Below are positions 48,501-58,442 of a DNA stretch of 64,000 nt, in pieces. Within the stretch, counting starts at the first letter, position 1. Each line of letters begins with the position of its first letter. Origin of the DNA: Candidatus Latescibacterota bacterium (GTDB taxonomy: Bacteria; Latescibacterota; UBA2968; GCA-2709665); NCBI GenBank assembly GCA_965248435.1, contig OZ252100.1:832001-896000 (forward strand), read 5' to 3'. The notes beneath the pieces were generated by a model that was not told the origin of the DNA, did not search any database, and worked only from the letters and a program-made list of their open reading frames with translations. The position numbers were made by a program, and so were the translations under genes.

Positions 48501-51500
48501 ATCGGCCGGCGTATAGGTCAACTCACCTGTCGCGGGATTGATGGCCGGCTGGACAGCGAACAGGGTATTGTCATCGTTCGTGACGTCGAACGTCAGTGTC
48601 TGTCCCGCTTCGTCCGATGGACCAGCTGTGATATTTGTGAAGAAGACCGCAACCGTCTGGGCCACGGCATCTTCCAGGACGGTCTGATCGCTGCCTCCCG
48701 CGAAGGATGGCGCGTCGTTCACCGATGTAACGGTGATCGTAAACGTCTGCTGTGGAGCGGCATCCACCCCGCCGTTGGCCGTGCCGCCGTCATCGCTCAG
48801 CGCCACCGTGACCGTCGCGATGCCGTTGCCATCGTCGGCTGGCGTATAAGTCAGGGCACCCGTAGTCAGATCGATCGCGGGCTGGACCGCGAACAGCGCG
48901 TTGTTGTCGTTTGTTACCAGCATCGTCAGCGTCTGCTCCGATTCGTTAGCTGGCCCCGCACTGGTTGTCGCAAAGCCAGCGACGCTCTGGGCTCCTGCGT
49001 CCTCAAACTCGGTCTGATCGCCAGCAAGTGTCAGCGTTGGTGCGTCGTTGACGGGCGTGAGGGTGATCGTAAACGTCACAGACGGAGACGTATCCACGCC
49101 ACCGTTCGCCGTTCCTCCGTTGTCTGTCAGAACCACGGTGACCGTTGCGCCACCGTTCGCATCGTCGGCCGGCGTATAGGTCAGGTCGCCGGACGCTGAG
49201 TCAATGGCCGGTTGGATAGCGAACAGGGTGTTGTCATCGTTCGTGACGTCGAACGTCAGTGTCTGCGTCACCTCATCGGCCGGACCGGCAGAAATACTCG
49301 TAGCAAAGCCGGCAGCGGTCTGGGCCCCGGCATCCTCCAGGACGGTCTGATCACTGGTTCCCGCGAAGGATGGCGCATCGTTGACGGGTGCGACTGTGAT
49401 CGTAAAGGTCTGGGACGGCGAGGTATCCACACCACCGTTGTCGGTCCCGCCATCGTCCCTCAGGACGACGGTGACGATCGCACTCCCGCTCGCATCGCCA
49501 GCCGGTGTATACGACAGATCTCCTGTAGCCGGGTCGATCGCCGGCTGGACAGCAAACAGCGAATTGTTGTCGTTCGTGACATCGAACGTCAGCGTCTGTC
49601 CTGCTTCATCCGGAGGCCCGGAAGAGATGTCCGTAGCGAACGCGCCAACCGTCTGGTCGCCGGCATCTTCAAGGACGTTCTGGTCGCCACCGAGAGTAAA
49701 GGACGGGGCATCGTTTACCGGAATCACCGTGATCGTGATCTCGTCGGGTACACTGTCTGAAGTTCCATCGTTGACGATCAGCTTGGCAACATAGACGCCG
49801 GCTACATCAGATGTGAAATTCGTCTTGTCGGCAGTCTGGACGACCGGGGACGCCGTGCTTCCTGGAGGACGCTGGGTGATCGTCCAGCTGAACGTCAGCG
49901 GATCGTTGTCCGGATCGAAGGAACCGCTGCCATCGAGCAGAATCGTCTGTCCGAGTGGGATCGTCGGATCGCTGCCTGCATCGCTGTCGGCAACCGCCAC
50001 AGGAACCGCGTTCGGGCACTTGCCAGCAACGCCCGCGTTGTAGATGTCGGATATCTGTGGGCTGGACAGCGCACCGCCGTAGTACGTTACCTCATCGATC
50101 TCTCCAAGGAAGTGACGCGCTGGCGTGCCGCCGCCCCAAAACGCGCCGATGTAAAGATCACCGCCGTTGGTCGCATGCTGCGTGGCCGCCGCGGGAATAG
50201 CACTTGGGACACCGTCCAGGTAGACCTCCACGCTGCTCCCCGTGAACACACCCACGACGTGGTGCCAACGGTTGTCCACAACGTTGATACTAAGATCTGT
50301 GGCGGGCGACAAAATGGAGGAACCATCACCAAAAGCGAACGACACCCGGGTGCCCGTCACTGTGAGCGCCCAACCTGTGGGGGCTGAGCCGAATCCGTGT
50401 GACTTATCGACAATGGTATATGCACTCGGGTTCGGGTCCGTCTTTGCGGCCTTGAACCACGCCTCGATGCTGAACGGTCCAGCTACGTTGAGATTCGGGC
50501 TGTCCGAAACCACTACACGGTCGTCCACGCCGTCAAAACGCATCGCACCACCCACGTGACCCGGAACGAACTCTACCCCGTTCTGCGGCGAACCGGTATT
50601 GCCACCTGCGAGATCCTGTGCAGCGCCACTGCCATCGTCCTCCCCCGTCCACCAGCTCACTACCGTTGGTTGGGGCAATACACACTCCGTGGCCGTGACG
50701 GTCACCTGGTCCGGATCGCTCGACGACGTCGCATCACTTACCACCAATTCAACCACATATTCACCGGGCAGGTCGGGAATGAACGTCGGGGCCTCCGCCG
50801 TGTCATTCAACAACGTCACGCTAGATGGCTGCGACACGATGTTCCACTGATATGCAAGTCCATCACCGTTGGGATCGACGGATCCACCACCGTCCAGCTG
50901 CACCTCATCTCCGACCACCACTTCGCGTGACGACGTGAACAGCTCCACATTGTCAAACGCCATCAGTGCATCGTTATCGAGGAGATAGAAACGACCGCTG
51001 TTGAACGTGGACGTTGTCAGTGTGGTAGCCGGCGTCGTGCTGCCATTCAGATACGCTGAATACGTATCGCCGTCGACAGTCACACGGATGTGGATGTTAT
51101 CTCCGGGCGTGAACAAGCCGGAAACCTCAGCCAACGCAGGACCAAAACTGTCGTTCTGTATGATGTGCCAAAAGAGACGACCAGAACCACTGGCATCGCG
51201 GGCACCAGCAAAGTCCACACCGGACACACCGATGTTCCCGGGTGCCTCGACACCGCGGAGCAGCAACCCCCCACCTCCGTTGAGCGGATTGAAGTCAAAC
51301 TCCACGGCAAAGTCATCAAGCTCAAAAGGTAGCGACGATCGGGCAACGGGTGCATTATCCGGAATCTCCGCCCGATATTTCCCGGACGTCAACACCGACC
51401 AAGTCCCGCTCTCATTACCGAAGGCACTGGAAGCAACGGTATCGAATTCATCGCCGAAAGCCAACACCCGGGCGTCTGCGGTTAGAATTGGTGCACACTT

Positions 51501-54500
51501 CCCGGCGACACTCGCTTCATAGATGGCCTGGATCTGGATCGCTGTGAGCGCCTGGTGATAGAAAGACAGCTCATCGATCGAGCCCTGCCAGTGATTGCCC
51601 GCAGTGCTCTTTCCGATCAGTGCAACTTCAACCGGTGCCGACTGGGTAAACATCGCTTTTGATCCTACCTCTACGCCGTCTTTATACAACCGATGCGTGG
51701 TGCCATCGAAGGTCACCGCCACGTGGTGCAAGAGACCGTCGGCGATGAACCCTGCATTCACGTTATCTCCAGCCTGGGTCGTCATCAGATTCCCGTTCAG
51801 GACCCCCATGCTCGCAAGCGCACCACCGCTGTTCGCAATATTCCAAAGCTGGAGGACATAACGCTCGTTCACCACGTCCGTGGTCTGAACCCAGGCCTCC
51901 ATGGACCACGCGCCCGGGTAAGTCACAAGACCGGATGAAGGGATCGAGATGAAATCGTCCACTCCGTCAAGACTGAATGCCTGAGCGACCCGGCCGGACG
52001 TGAACGTCGCTCCATTCTGAAGCGTCCCATCACGGGTCCCGCCAGCGTCTTTGGAAGTGCCGTCACCTTTCCACCAGCTCACCAGTCCCGCCGACGGCTC
52101 TACACACGTGACTGCAGTAATCGTTACTTCATCCGGAAAGCTGTCGAACGTGCCGTCGTTCACGACCAACTGGACGACGTAGTCGCCGGGCTTGTCAGGA
52201 ATCAACGACGCCTGGCTGGTACCCGAATTGGACAGGGTAGCCAAACTGCCTGAAGGCTGAATAGGCAATGTCCAGTCGTAACCGACCACATTTTCGTTTG
52301 GATCAGGATGAAAGGAGGCCGATCCGTCCAACGGTACGCTCTTACCGACCAGCACTTCGCTGGGCACGGCCGCCACAACAGCCACCGGAAGTACACACTT
52401 CCCCGCGACACTGGCGTCATAGATGGCCTGGATCTGCGAAACTGTGAGCGCCTGGTGGTAGAAAGACAGCTCGTCGATCGAGCCCTGCCAGTGACTGCCC
52501 GCAGTGCCCTTTCCGATCAGTGCAACTTCAACCGGTGCCGACTGGGTAAACATCGCTTTTGATCCTACCTCTACGCCGTCTTTATACAACCGATGCGTGG
52601 TGCCATCGAAGGTCACCGCCACGTGGTGCAAGAAACCGTCGGCGATGAACCCTGCATTCACGTTATCTCCAGACTGGGTCGTCATCAGATTCCCGTTCAG
52701 GACCCCTATGCTCGCGAGCGCACCTCCGCTTTCCGCAGTATTCCAAAGCTGGAGGACATAACGCACGTTCACCACGTCCGTGGTCTGAACCCAGGCCTCT
52801 ATAGACCACGCGCCCGGGTAAGTCACAAGACCGGATGAAGGGATCGAGATGAAATCATCCACTCCGTCCAGGCTGAATGCCTGGCCGACCCGGCCGGACG
52901 TGAACGTCGCTCCATTCTGAAGCGTCCCATCACGGGTCCCGCCAGCGTCTTTGGAAGTGCCGTCACCTTTCCACCAGCTCACCAGTCCCGCCGACGGCTC
53001 TACACACGTGACTGCAGTAATCGTTACTTCATCCGGAAAGCTGTCGAACGTGCCGTCGTTCACGACCAACTGGACGACGTAGTCGCCGGGCTTGTCAGGA
53101 ATCAACGACGCCTGGCTGGTACCCGAATTGGATAAGGTCGCCAAACTGCCTGAAGGCTGGCTCCTTAATGTCCAGTCGTAATCGACCACATTTTTGTTTG
53201 GGTCAAGATGAAAGGAGGCCGATCCGTCCAGAGTCACGGTCTCGCCGATCAGCGCATCGCTGGGAACAGCCGCCGCAACGGCAACTGGATCATCGGAGCG
53301 GATCTCGAGGTCGTGCCAGTCAGATGCAAGCGTCACGTCAACGCTACCCAACTGCTGACCTGTACTCGTCCAGCGTCTCACGATCCCGGTGGGACTGTGA
53401 TACTGGAGAAAGTCTTCGTTTGCCCCGATCTCCAGGTCGTGCCAGTCAGATGCAAGCGTCACGTCCCCCAGCTGCTGACCTGCACTCGTCCAGCGTCTTA
53501 CGATCCCGGTGGGACTGTGATACATGACAAGGTCCCCGTTCGCCGCGATCTCCAGGTCGTGCCAGGACGACGGGAGCGTCACGCTACCCAACTGCTGACC
53601 TGTCCGCGTCCACCGTCTCACGATCCCGGTGGGACTGTGATACATGACAAGGTCCCCGTTCGCCGCGATCTCCAGGTCGTGCCAGGACGACGGGAGCGTC
53701 ACGCTACCCAACTGCTGACCTGTCCGCGTCCACCGTCTCACGATCCCGGTGGGACTGTGATACATGACAAGGTCCCCATTTATCGCGACCTCCAGATCGT
53801 GCCAGTCTGACGCAAGCTGTACGTTCTCTTCAAACTGGCCGGTGTTCGTCCATCGCCTCACGATTCCCGTGGGACTATGATACATGACGAATTTTTCGCT
53901 GGCAGGTGGCGCCGGGTGCGCGGTGATCGTCACCTCGTCGGGATCGCTGTCAGAAGTGCCGTCGTTTACGATCAGCCGGACGATATAGTCGCCAGGCACA
54001 TCTGGGACGAAAGATGGACTCACCGTGTTAGATCCCGTCAAGTTCGTCGAACTCGCGGGATCCTGGATGAATGACCAATCATAGGAAAGCGTGTTACTAT
54101 TGGGATCACCTGAGCCGCTACCATCCAGTTGGACGGTCAGCCCCTCGAGAACTGTCTGATCCGGACCGGCATCGGCATCGGGCGGATGAGCGATCAGGTT
54201 GTGAAACACGGACAGGCGGCTGGACGTACGATTCGTGGCGACGATTTCGGGACTGCCATCCCCATCCAGGTCCCCGATGGCCACATAGTCGGGACCCGTG
54301 GCGGCTGTCAAAAAGGCTGGCGCCGAGAAATTAAATGCCCCCATTGTGCTCTTGTTCTGCCAAACCAGGACCTGATTCGAGGGGCGGTTTCCCATGGCAA
54401 TGTCGAGGTCCCCGTCGCCATCCAGGTCGCCCAACGCGAGTCCAACGGGAAGGGACCCCCCTGAGAGGGGGACGTGTGGTTTGAAAGATCCGGGATTATC

Positions 54501-57500
54501 CTCGTCATTCATCAGAAGGGAAACCGATTGGGAAGCGGCGGCACCGCCCTGGTTCGAGGTCGCCAGATCGAGCAGGCCGTCTCCGTCCAGATCTCCGATG
54601 ACAACCATGAAGGTTACCAACCCTGTTGAAAACGGCGATGACGGAGATTGCTCGAAAGAGGCACCGGTGATTCTCCCGGTCATCTTTTTGTTCTGATAGA
54701 CGACCACATTGTGATCCTTGTCGTTTCCGACAGCGATATCGGGCCAGCCGTCATCATTCAGATCACCTATCGCTACGCCCCTTGGCCGAGGAGCAGCCGG
54801 CAGGGGAACCTGCGGCAAAAAAGAGACAGACTGGGGAACGCTCGTATTCTCCAGCACAGACACAAAGGCCGAACTGTTGTTCGTGGCGACGATGTCGAGA
54901 CGGCCGTCGCGGTTCAGGTCTCCCAGCGCCACCTGGACGGGAGTAATTCCAACGTCGAAGGTCCTTGGGTCCTCAAAAGTCATGCTGCCGTTCGAGCTAT
55001 TGTTCCTGAAGACCGACACCTTGCTGCTCCCGCCGGCATTGTTCGCCGTGACGATGTCGAGCATCCCGTCACCATCTACGTCTCCAGCTGCCATCCCATC
55101 AGGATTTATCCCTGCCGGGACGGCTGCCAATGGGATGAAAGAAGAAGCATCGATCGTGTGCGCGGTTTGATTCTGATAGATCGACAGTGGTGTAACGCCC
55201 TGGAGATTGCTGACGGCGATGTCGGGCTTTCCACGACCGTCGAAGTCCGCGATGACCACCCCCTGAGGCAGGGTCCCGGTTGAAAAATCCACTCTTGCAG
55301 CAAATGAGGAGGTCGTGATCGCCGCTGGGGGGCCTAGGCTCGGGAAGGTAGGGATGAAGAACTGGTCAGAGATGGCCGTACGGCCGCCAACGTTCACGCT
55401 GACCGGGCCGAAGGTGGCGCCTGACGGCACATCGACCGTCAGTGACGTCGGCGAAGCGGCGGTCACTGTCGCCTCTGTCGCTCCGAAATAGACGGTGTTG
55501 TTATCAGGATCGGGGTCGAAGTGAGCTCCGTCTATCGTGATGGGAGCGCCCACGACACCTGAGCTGGGACTAATACCCGAGATCGTCGGAACTGCAACCA
55601 CAGTGATCCTGACCTCGTCCGGATCGCTGTCCACGATATTGTTGTTCACGACCAGTTGTATTACATAGTCTCCCTGTACATCTGGCATGAAGGAGGGATT
55701 CACTGACAATGGCCCTGATAGGAAAGCGAAGCTCCCGGCGGGTTGATCAACGACCGTCCAGCTGTAAGTGACAGCGTTAGTGGACCCGCTCCCGTCGAGT
55801 TGAACGGTCTGCCCAAGGAGCGTCTCCTGATCGGGGCCTGCGTCTGCAACGGGAAGGTCGGCCACGTTCTCAAACAGCGACAAGCTCTGAGAACCCACTG
55901 AAACAGAGGCTATATCAGGCTTGTCGTCGCCGTTTAGATCAACAATCGCGATTCCACGGTTTCCTTGGTTGACACTCGCAAAATCGACCCTCCCCGCGCT
56001 AAAGTCACCAGTCCCTAGGTTCTTATAGACCGAGACAACGGGAATTGAATTATTAGCCACCGCCAGGTCAGGACTTCCGTCACCATCCAGATCGCCAATA
56101 GCAACCTCGAATGAACCTGCGATCCCGGTGAAATCCTGTCTTTGGAACGAGACTGAATTGACGCTGCTGGTATTCCGCATGATCGAAAGAATGTTCGTGG
56201 TGCGGCTGGGAATCACCAGGTCGACCGCATCGTCGCCGTCCAGATCAGCCGCAGCTATGGTCCAGGACTGGCCGGGCGAATCGAAATCGTGACGGGTGAA
56301 TGCTGCGTTGTCGAGCGTTTGGGAACCGATATTGCGAAACACAGAAAACAGATTGAAGCTGTCGTATGACACAGCTAGATCGGGCAGCTCGTCTCCATCG
56401 AGATCTGCAGCAATCAGAGCTGTCGGCATATCTCCGGTCGAGAACTGAGCTGCCTCTGTGAACGAGGTGGCATCGATAACCCCAACAGAGCCCGTATTTC
56501 TGAATAACGTCAGCCTGTCGGATTGGTAGCTGACAACTGCAAAATCTGTCCGACCATCGTCATCAAAATCTGCAATCGCTACATCCTGAGAACCTGAAGG
56601 AGTTGGAAAATTGACGGCCGCCGCGAAGTCGATCGTGCTACTCACGCTGACATTTTGATAGACCGAGATTCCAGAACCATTGTGAACACCAAGCATGTCC
56701 AGACGCCCGTCCCCGTCCATATCGCCGACTTCAAGCTTCTGTATGGTAATGGGCGACGGGAACGTGACTGCCGCATCAAACGAATTTGTGCCAAGCGTAC
56801 CCCCCGATCCCGTATTGCGGTAAACGAGGATTTGTCCGGGCACGGGGACGGCCAGGTCTGGATGGCCGTCACCATCGAAATCTCCCGTGGCCAGGTACTG
56901 CCACGCGGATCCACCAGGGAAATCTACCCGTGGCGCCAAGGTTGAACTGTTAATGATCTGTGCAATGCCAGGGAAGGTCGGGAGGAAGTGCTCAGTGGAG
57001 AACGCGGTAAGACTATTTACCAGGACGGTTACACGTGCATGTGTTGCGCCGGCGGGCACTTCCACCGTGAGCGAGGTTGTCGATGCGGAAGTAACTGTCG
57101 CTTTTGTGGCGCCAAAGTAGACCGTGTTGTTGGCGGCGATCGGGTCAAAGTTCACTCCGTCGATGGTCACGGATGCTCCGACGGTGGCAGATGTGGGATT
57201 GAAGGAAGTAATAGCGGGGACAGGAACAGGCGTGAAGTCATATATGTACGCCGAACCGGATCTGGAACCGCTTCCAATGTTTGAAGGTGACCCAACGATG
57301 GCGATATTCCCGCCGATCGATACCGAAGATCCGAAGTTGTCGTGTGATGCGACATCGCTGGCTGTCAGTTTCGCCTGCTCGTCCCAATTTCCACCGACAA
57401 GACGAAACACATATGCCGAACCTGACCTGAGGCCTTTGTCATCGTCGAAATGGGCTCCAACAATGGCTACGTCCCCGTCCACCGCCACGGAAATTCCGAA

Positions 57501-58442
57501 ATTGTCACCTGCCGATCCATCGTTAGCTGTCAGCTTGGTCTCTTCGTTCCAACTTCCGCCGATGTGACGAAACACGTACGCGGAACCTGAGGTCGTACCC
57601 TTATCGTCGTCGGATTGAGACCCGACGATCACTACATCCCCGCTGATTGACGCAGAATTTCCGAAAGAATCACCTGCCGATCCATCATTAGCGGTTAGCT
57701 TCTGCTCTTCCACCCAGCTTCCTGCGACGTGACGAAACACATATGCCGAACCTGAGTTCGTACCGGTATCGTCGTCGAAAGGAGACCCAACAATGACTAC
57801 ATCCCCAGTCATCGACACAGAACGTCCGAACTCGTCGCCTGCCTCACTGTCACCAGCAAGGAGCTTGGCCTCTTCCACCCAACTTCCTCCGACAAGTCGA
57901 AACACATATGCCGATCCTGAGCGCGAGCCATTATCGTCGTTTTCTGGAGCCCCAACGACGGCCACATCCTCGCTGATCAACACGGAATGTCCGAAGATGT
58001 CACTCGCATCCCCGTCACTGGCGAGAAGTTTGGCCTCTTCCACCCAACTTCCTCCGACAAGTCGAAACACATACGCCGAACCCGAGTTCGTACCGCCGTC
58101 GTCGTCGAGAGGGGCCCCAACAATGGCTACACCGTCGCTGATTGACACGGAATGTCCAAAGTTTGCTGTCGATCCAATACTCGCAAGAATCTTGGCCTCT
58201 TCCACCCAACTCCCCCCGACGAGTCGAAACACATATGCCGAACCCGAGTTCGTACCGTTGTCATCGTCAAGACGAGCCCCAACAATGGCCACGTCGTCAC
58301 TGATCGACACGGAAATTCCGAAGATGTCATTTAGATCCCCGTCGCTCGGGACAAGTTTGAACTCGTCAGGAGGCGTTTGAGCCAGACTGGCTTGTGCGAA
58401 GGCGAGCAGAATGACCGCGGCGAAAATCGCTGAGCGTTTCAT
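45573..58442 (-). CDS. Giant (~4290 aa) secreted/surface multidomain protein, putative adhesin
   Basis: Signal peptide MKRSAIFAAVILLAFAQASLA after RBS GGAGG; FG-GAP propeller, 2x(IPT/TIG + VCBS/FG-GAP-like propeller + PKD-like), 5x40 aa repeat, 3 LamG-like, 9 VNDAP Ig-like, 2 PKD, FIMAH-like helical domain, QNYPNPFNP...KMILLK tail. Confidence 0.9.
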   Translation of the reverse strand: MKRSAIFAAVILLAFAQASLAQTPPDEFKLVPSDGDLNDIFGISVSISDDVAIVGARLDDDNGTNSGSAYVFRLVGGSWVEEAKILASIGSTANFGHSVSISDGVAIVGAPLDDDGGTNSGSAYVFRLVGGSWVEEAKLLASDGDASDIFGHSVLISEDVAVVGAPENDDNGSRSGSAYVFRLVGGSWVEEAKLLAGDSEAGDEFGRSVSMTGDVVIVGSPFDDDTGTNSGSAYVFRHVAGSWVEEQKLTANDGSAGDSFGNSASISGDVVIVGSQSDDDKGTTSGSAYVFRHIGGSWNEETKLTANDGSAGDNFGISVAVDGDVAIVGAHFDDDKGLRSGSAYVFRLVGGNWDEQAKLTASDVASHDNFGSSVSIGGNIAIVGSPSNIGSGSRSGSAYIYDFTPVPVPAITSFNPTSATVGASVTIDGVNFDPIAANNTVYFGATKATVTSASTTSLTVEVPAGATHARVTVLVNSLTAFSTEHFLPTFPGIAQIINSSTLAPRVDFPGGSAWQYLATGDFDGDGHPDLAVPVPGQILVYRNTGSGGTLGTNSFDAAVTFPSPITIQKLEVGDMDGDGRLDMLGVHNGSGISVYQNVSVSSTIDFAAAVNFPTPSGSQDVAIADFDDDGRTDFAVVSYQSDRLTLFRNTGSVGVIDATSFTEAAQFSTGDMPTALIAADLDGDELPDLAVSYDSFNLFSVFRNIGSQTLDNAAFTRHDFDSPGQSWTIAAADLDGDDAVDLVIPSRTTNILSIMRNTSSVNSVSFQRQDFTGIAGSFEVAIGDLDGDGSPDLAVANNSIPVVSVYKNLGTGDFSAGRVDFASVNQGNRGIAIVDLNGDDKPDIASVSVGSQSLSLFENVADLPVADAGPDQETLLGQTVQLDGSGSTNAVTYSWTVVDQPAGSFAFLSGPLSVNPSFMPDVQGDYVIQLVVNNNIVDSDPDEVRITVVAVPTISGISPSSGVVGAPITIDGAHFDPDPDNNTVYFGATEATVTAASPTSLTVDVPSGATFGPVSVNVGGRTAISDQFFIPTFPSLGPPAAITTSSFAARVDFSTGTLPQGVVIADFDGRGKPDIAVSNLQGVTPLSIYQNQTAHTIDASSFIPLAAVPAGINPDGMAAGDVDGDGMLDIVTANNAGGSSKVSVFRNNSSNGSMTFEDPRTFDVGITPVQVALGDLNRDGRLDIVATNNSSAFVSVLENTSVPQSVSFLPQVPLPAAPRPRGVAIGDLNDDGWPDIAVGNDKDHNVVVYQNKKMTGRITGASFEQSPSSPFSTGLVTFMVVIGDLDGDGLLDLATSNQGGAAASQSVSLLMNDEDNPGSFKPHVPLSGGSLPVGLALGDLDGDGDLDIAMGNRPSNQVLVWQNKSTMGAFNFSAPAFLTAATGPDYVAIGDLDGDGSPEIVATNRTSSRLSVFHNLIAHPPDADAGPDQTVLEGLTVQLDGSGSGDPNSNTLSYDWSFIQDPASSTNLTGSNTVSPSFVPDVPGDYIVRLIVNDGTSDSDPDEVTITAHPAPPASEKFVMYHSPTGIVRRWTNTGQFEENVQLASDWHDLEVAINGDLVMYHSPTGIVRRWTRTGQQLGSVTLPSSWHDLEIAANGDLVMYHSPTGIVRRWTRTGQQLGSVTLPSSWHDLEIAANGDLVMYHSPTGIVRRWTSAGQQLGDVTLASDWHDLEIGANEDFLQYHSPTGIVRRWTSTGQQLGSVDVTLASDWHDLEIRSDDPVAVAAAVPSDALIGETVTLDGSASFHLDPNKNVVDYDWTLRSQPSGSLATLSNSGTSQASLIPDKPGDYVVQLVVNDGTFDSFPDEVTITAVTCVEPSAGLVSWWKGDGTSKDAGGTRDGTLQNGATFTSGRVGQAFSLDGVDDFISIPSSGLVTYPGAWSIEAWVQTTDVVNVRYVLQLWNTAESGGALASIGVLNGNLMTTQSGDNVNAGFIADGFLHHVAVTFDGTTHRLYKDGVEVGSKAMFTQSAPVEVALIGKGTAGSHWQGSIDELSFYHQALTVSQIQAIYDASVAGKCVLPVAVVAAVPSEVLVGKSVPLDGSASFHPDPNENVVGYDWTLPIQPSGSLATLSNSGTSQASLIPDKPGDYVVQLVVNDGTFDSFPDEVTITAVTCVEPSAGLVSWWKGDGTSKDAGGTRDGTLQNGATFTSGRVAQAFSLDGVDDFISIPSSGLVTYPGAWSMEAWVQTTDVVNERYVLQLWNIANSGGALASMGVLNGNLMTTQAGDNVNAGFIADGLLHHVAVTFDGTTHRLYKDGVEVGSKAMFTQSAPVEVALIGKSTAGNHWQGSIDELSFYHQALTAIQIQAIYEASVAGKCAPILTADARVLAFGDEFDTVASSAFGNESGTWSVLTSGKYRAEIPDNAPVARSSLPFELDDFAVEFDFNPLNGGGGLLLRGVEAPGNIGVSGVDFAGARDASGSGRLFWHIIQNDSFGPALAEVSGLFTPGDNIHIRVTVDGDTYSAYLNGSTTPATTLTTSTFNSGRFYLLDNDALMAFDNVELFTSSREVVVGDEVQLDGGGSVDPNGDGLAYQWNIVSQPSSVTLLNDTAEAPTFIPDLPGEYVVELVVSDATSSSDPDQVTVTATECVLPQPTVVSWWTGEDDGSGAAQDLAGGNTGSPQNGVEFVPGHVGGAMRFDGVDDRVVVSDSPNLNVAGPFSIEAWFKAAKTDPNPSAYTIVDKSHGFGSAPTGWALTVTGTRVSFAFGDGSSILSPATDLSINVVDNRWHHVVGVFTGSSVEVYLDGVPSAIPAAATQHATNGGDLYIGAFWGGGTPARHFLGEIDEVTYYGGALSSPQISDIYNAGVAGKCPNAVPVAVADSDAGSDPTIPLGQTILLDGSGSFDPDNDPLTFSWTITQRPPGSTASPVVQTADKTNFTSDVAGVYVAKLIVNDGTSDSVPDEITITVIPVNDAPSFTLGGDQNVLEDAGDQTVGAFATDISSGPPDEAGQTLTFDVTNDNNSLFAVQPAIDPATGDLSYTPAGDASGSAIVTVVLRDDGGTDNGGVDTSPSQTFTITVAPVNDAPSFAGTSDQTVLEDAGAQTAAGFATSISAGPADEVTQTLTFDVTNDDNTLFAIQPAIDSASGDLTYTPADDANGGATVTVVLTDNGGTANGGVDTSPSVTFTITLTPVNDAPTLTLAGDQTEFEDAGAQSVAGFATTSAGPANESEQTLTMLVTNDNNALFAVQPAIDLTTGALTYTPADDGNGIATVTVALSDDGGTANGGVDAAPQQTFTITVTSVNDAPSFAGGSDQTVLEDAVAQTVAVFFTNITAGPSDEAGQTLTFDVTNDDNTLFAVQPAINPATGELTYTPADDANGGATVTVVLRDDGGTANGGVDASPPVTFDLTITPVNDAPTLALAGDQAVLEDAGPQSVAVFATTSAGPTNESGQTLTLVVTNDDNSLFAVQPAIDLATGDLTYDAAPDANGIATVTVALSDDGGTANGGVDAAPQQTFTITLTPVNDAPSFAGGPDQSVLEDAVAQSVAGFATSISAGPSDEAGQTLTFDVTNDDNSLFATQPAINAATGDLTYTPADDAYGTTTVTVVLRDDVGTANGGVDASPSVTFDLTITPVNDAPTLTLAGDQTVLEDAGPQSVASFATTSAGPANESGQTLTLLVTNDDNSLFAVQPAIDLATGDLTYDAAPDANGSTTVTVALSDDGGTANGGVDTAPQQTFTITVTPVNDAPSFAAGGDQTALEDAGAQTVAGFATSITAGPPDEAAQTLTFDVTNDDNSLFIVQPAIDPATGDLTYTPADDGNGGATVTIELRDDGGTADGGVDQSPAQTFTITVDPVNDAPSFAAGGDQTVLEDAGPQSVAGFAANLSAGPPDESGQTLSFEITHDNNLLFALGPDIDASGTLTYTPADNANGSATVNVELRDDGGSANGGIDLSAPQVFTITVESVNDLPVAVLVVPAAISEGAAATFVASGTTDIDGTIVLYTWDFGDGTAAVLTTVPTVTHTFEDNGTPVVSLTVKDNEDGEDQVTKQVTVDNAPPAVSIDPILDLILVGVPFDFSGTFDDPGVLDTHTGLWNFGDGITDAGTIIEAGGSGIAQAVHTYADPGTFTLTLTVSDEDDSGSESVAVEVLSPAAAGTELMTQVDELSAPEGTKNSLNSKLDGAFKSLDKGKPETAINQMNAFINSVNAQSGKKISVEEADALIALAQTIVASIEAENPPASKPVAAKRALTGYASGHSETYEFGLGQNYPNPFNPITAIRYSLAEASSVRLTIYNLLGQEVRVLVNETQNPGEYFLPWDGTDEAGRQVSSGIFIYQLRSEAKVATGKMILLK
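46730..49720 (-). repeat. Nine tandem Ig/cadherin-like coding repeats with a 663 bp higher-order period
   Basis: VNDAPSF and VNDAPTL units alternate; AAACGTCACAG recurs at 47745, 48408 and 49071. Confidence 0.85.
51490..53285 (-). repeat. Near-identical 900 bp tandem duplication (PKD-like + LamG-like)
   Basis: Sequence lines at 51601 and 52501, or 52021 and 52921, match almost base for base. Confidence 0.92.
53300..53890 (-). repeat. Five ~120 bp coding repeats (YHSPTGIVRRWT...WHDLE)
   Basis: The motif GGGACT(G/A)TGATAC recurs at 53391, 53511, 53631, 53751 and 53871. Confidence 0.92.

Noticed and set aside
51490-53285. Near-identical duplicate as a DGR template/variable repeat pair
   Set aside because: Both copies are in-frame coding and 900 bp long, differences are not confined to adenines of one copy, and there is no reverse transcriptase in the window.
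53300-53890. Regular 120 bp repeats as a possible CRISPR array
   Set aside because: The whole unit repeats with no unique spacers, the period is a multiple of three inside an open frame, and no cas genes are present.
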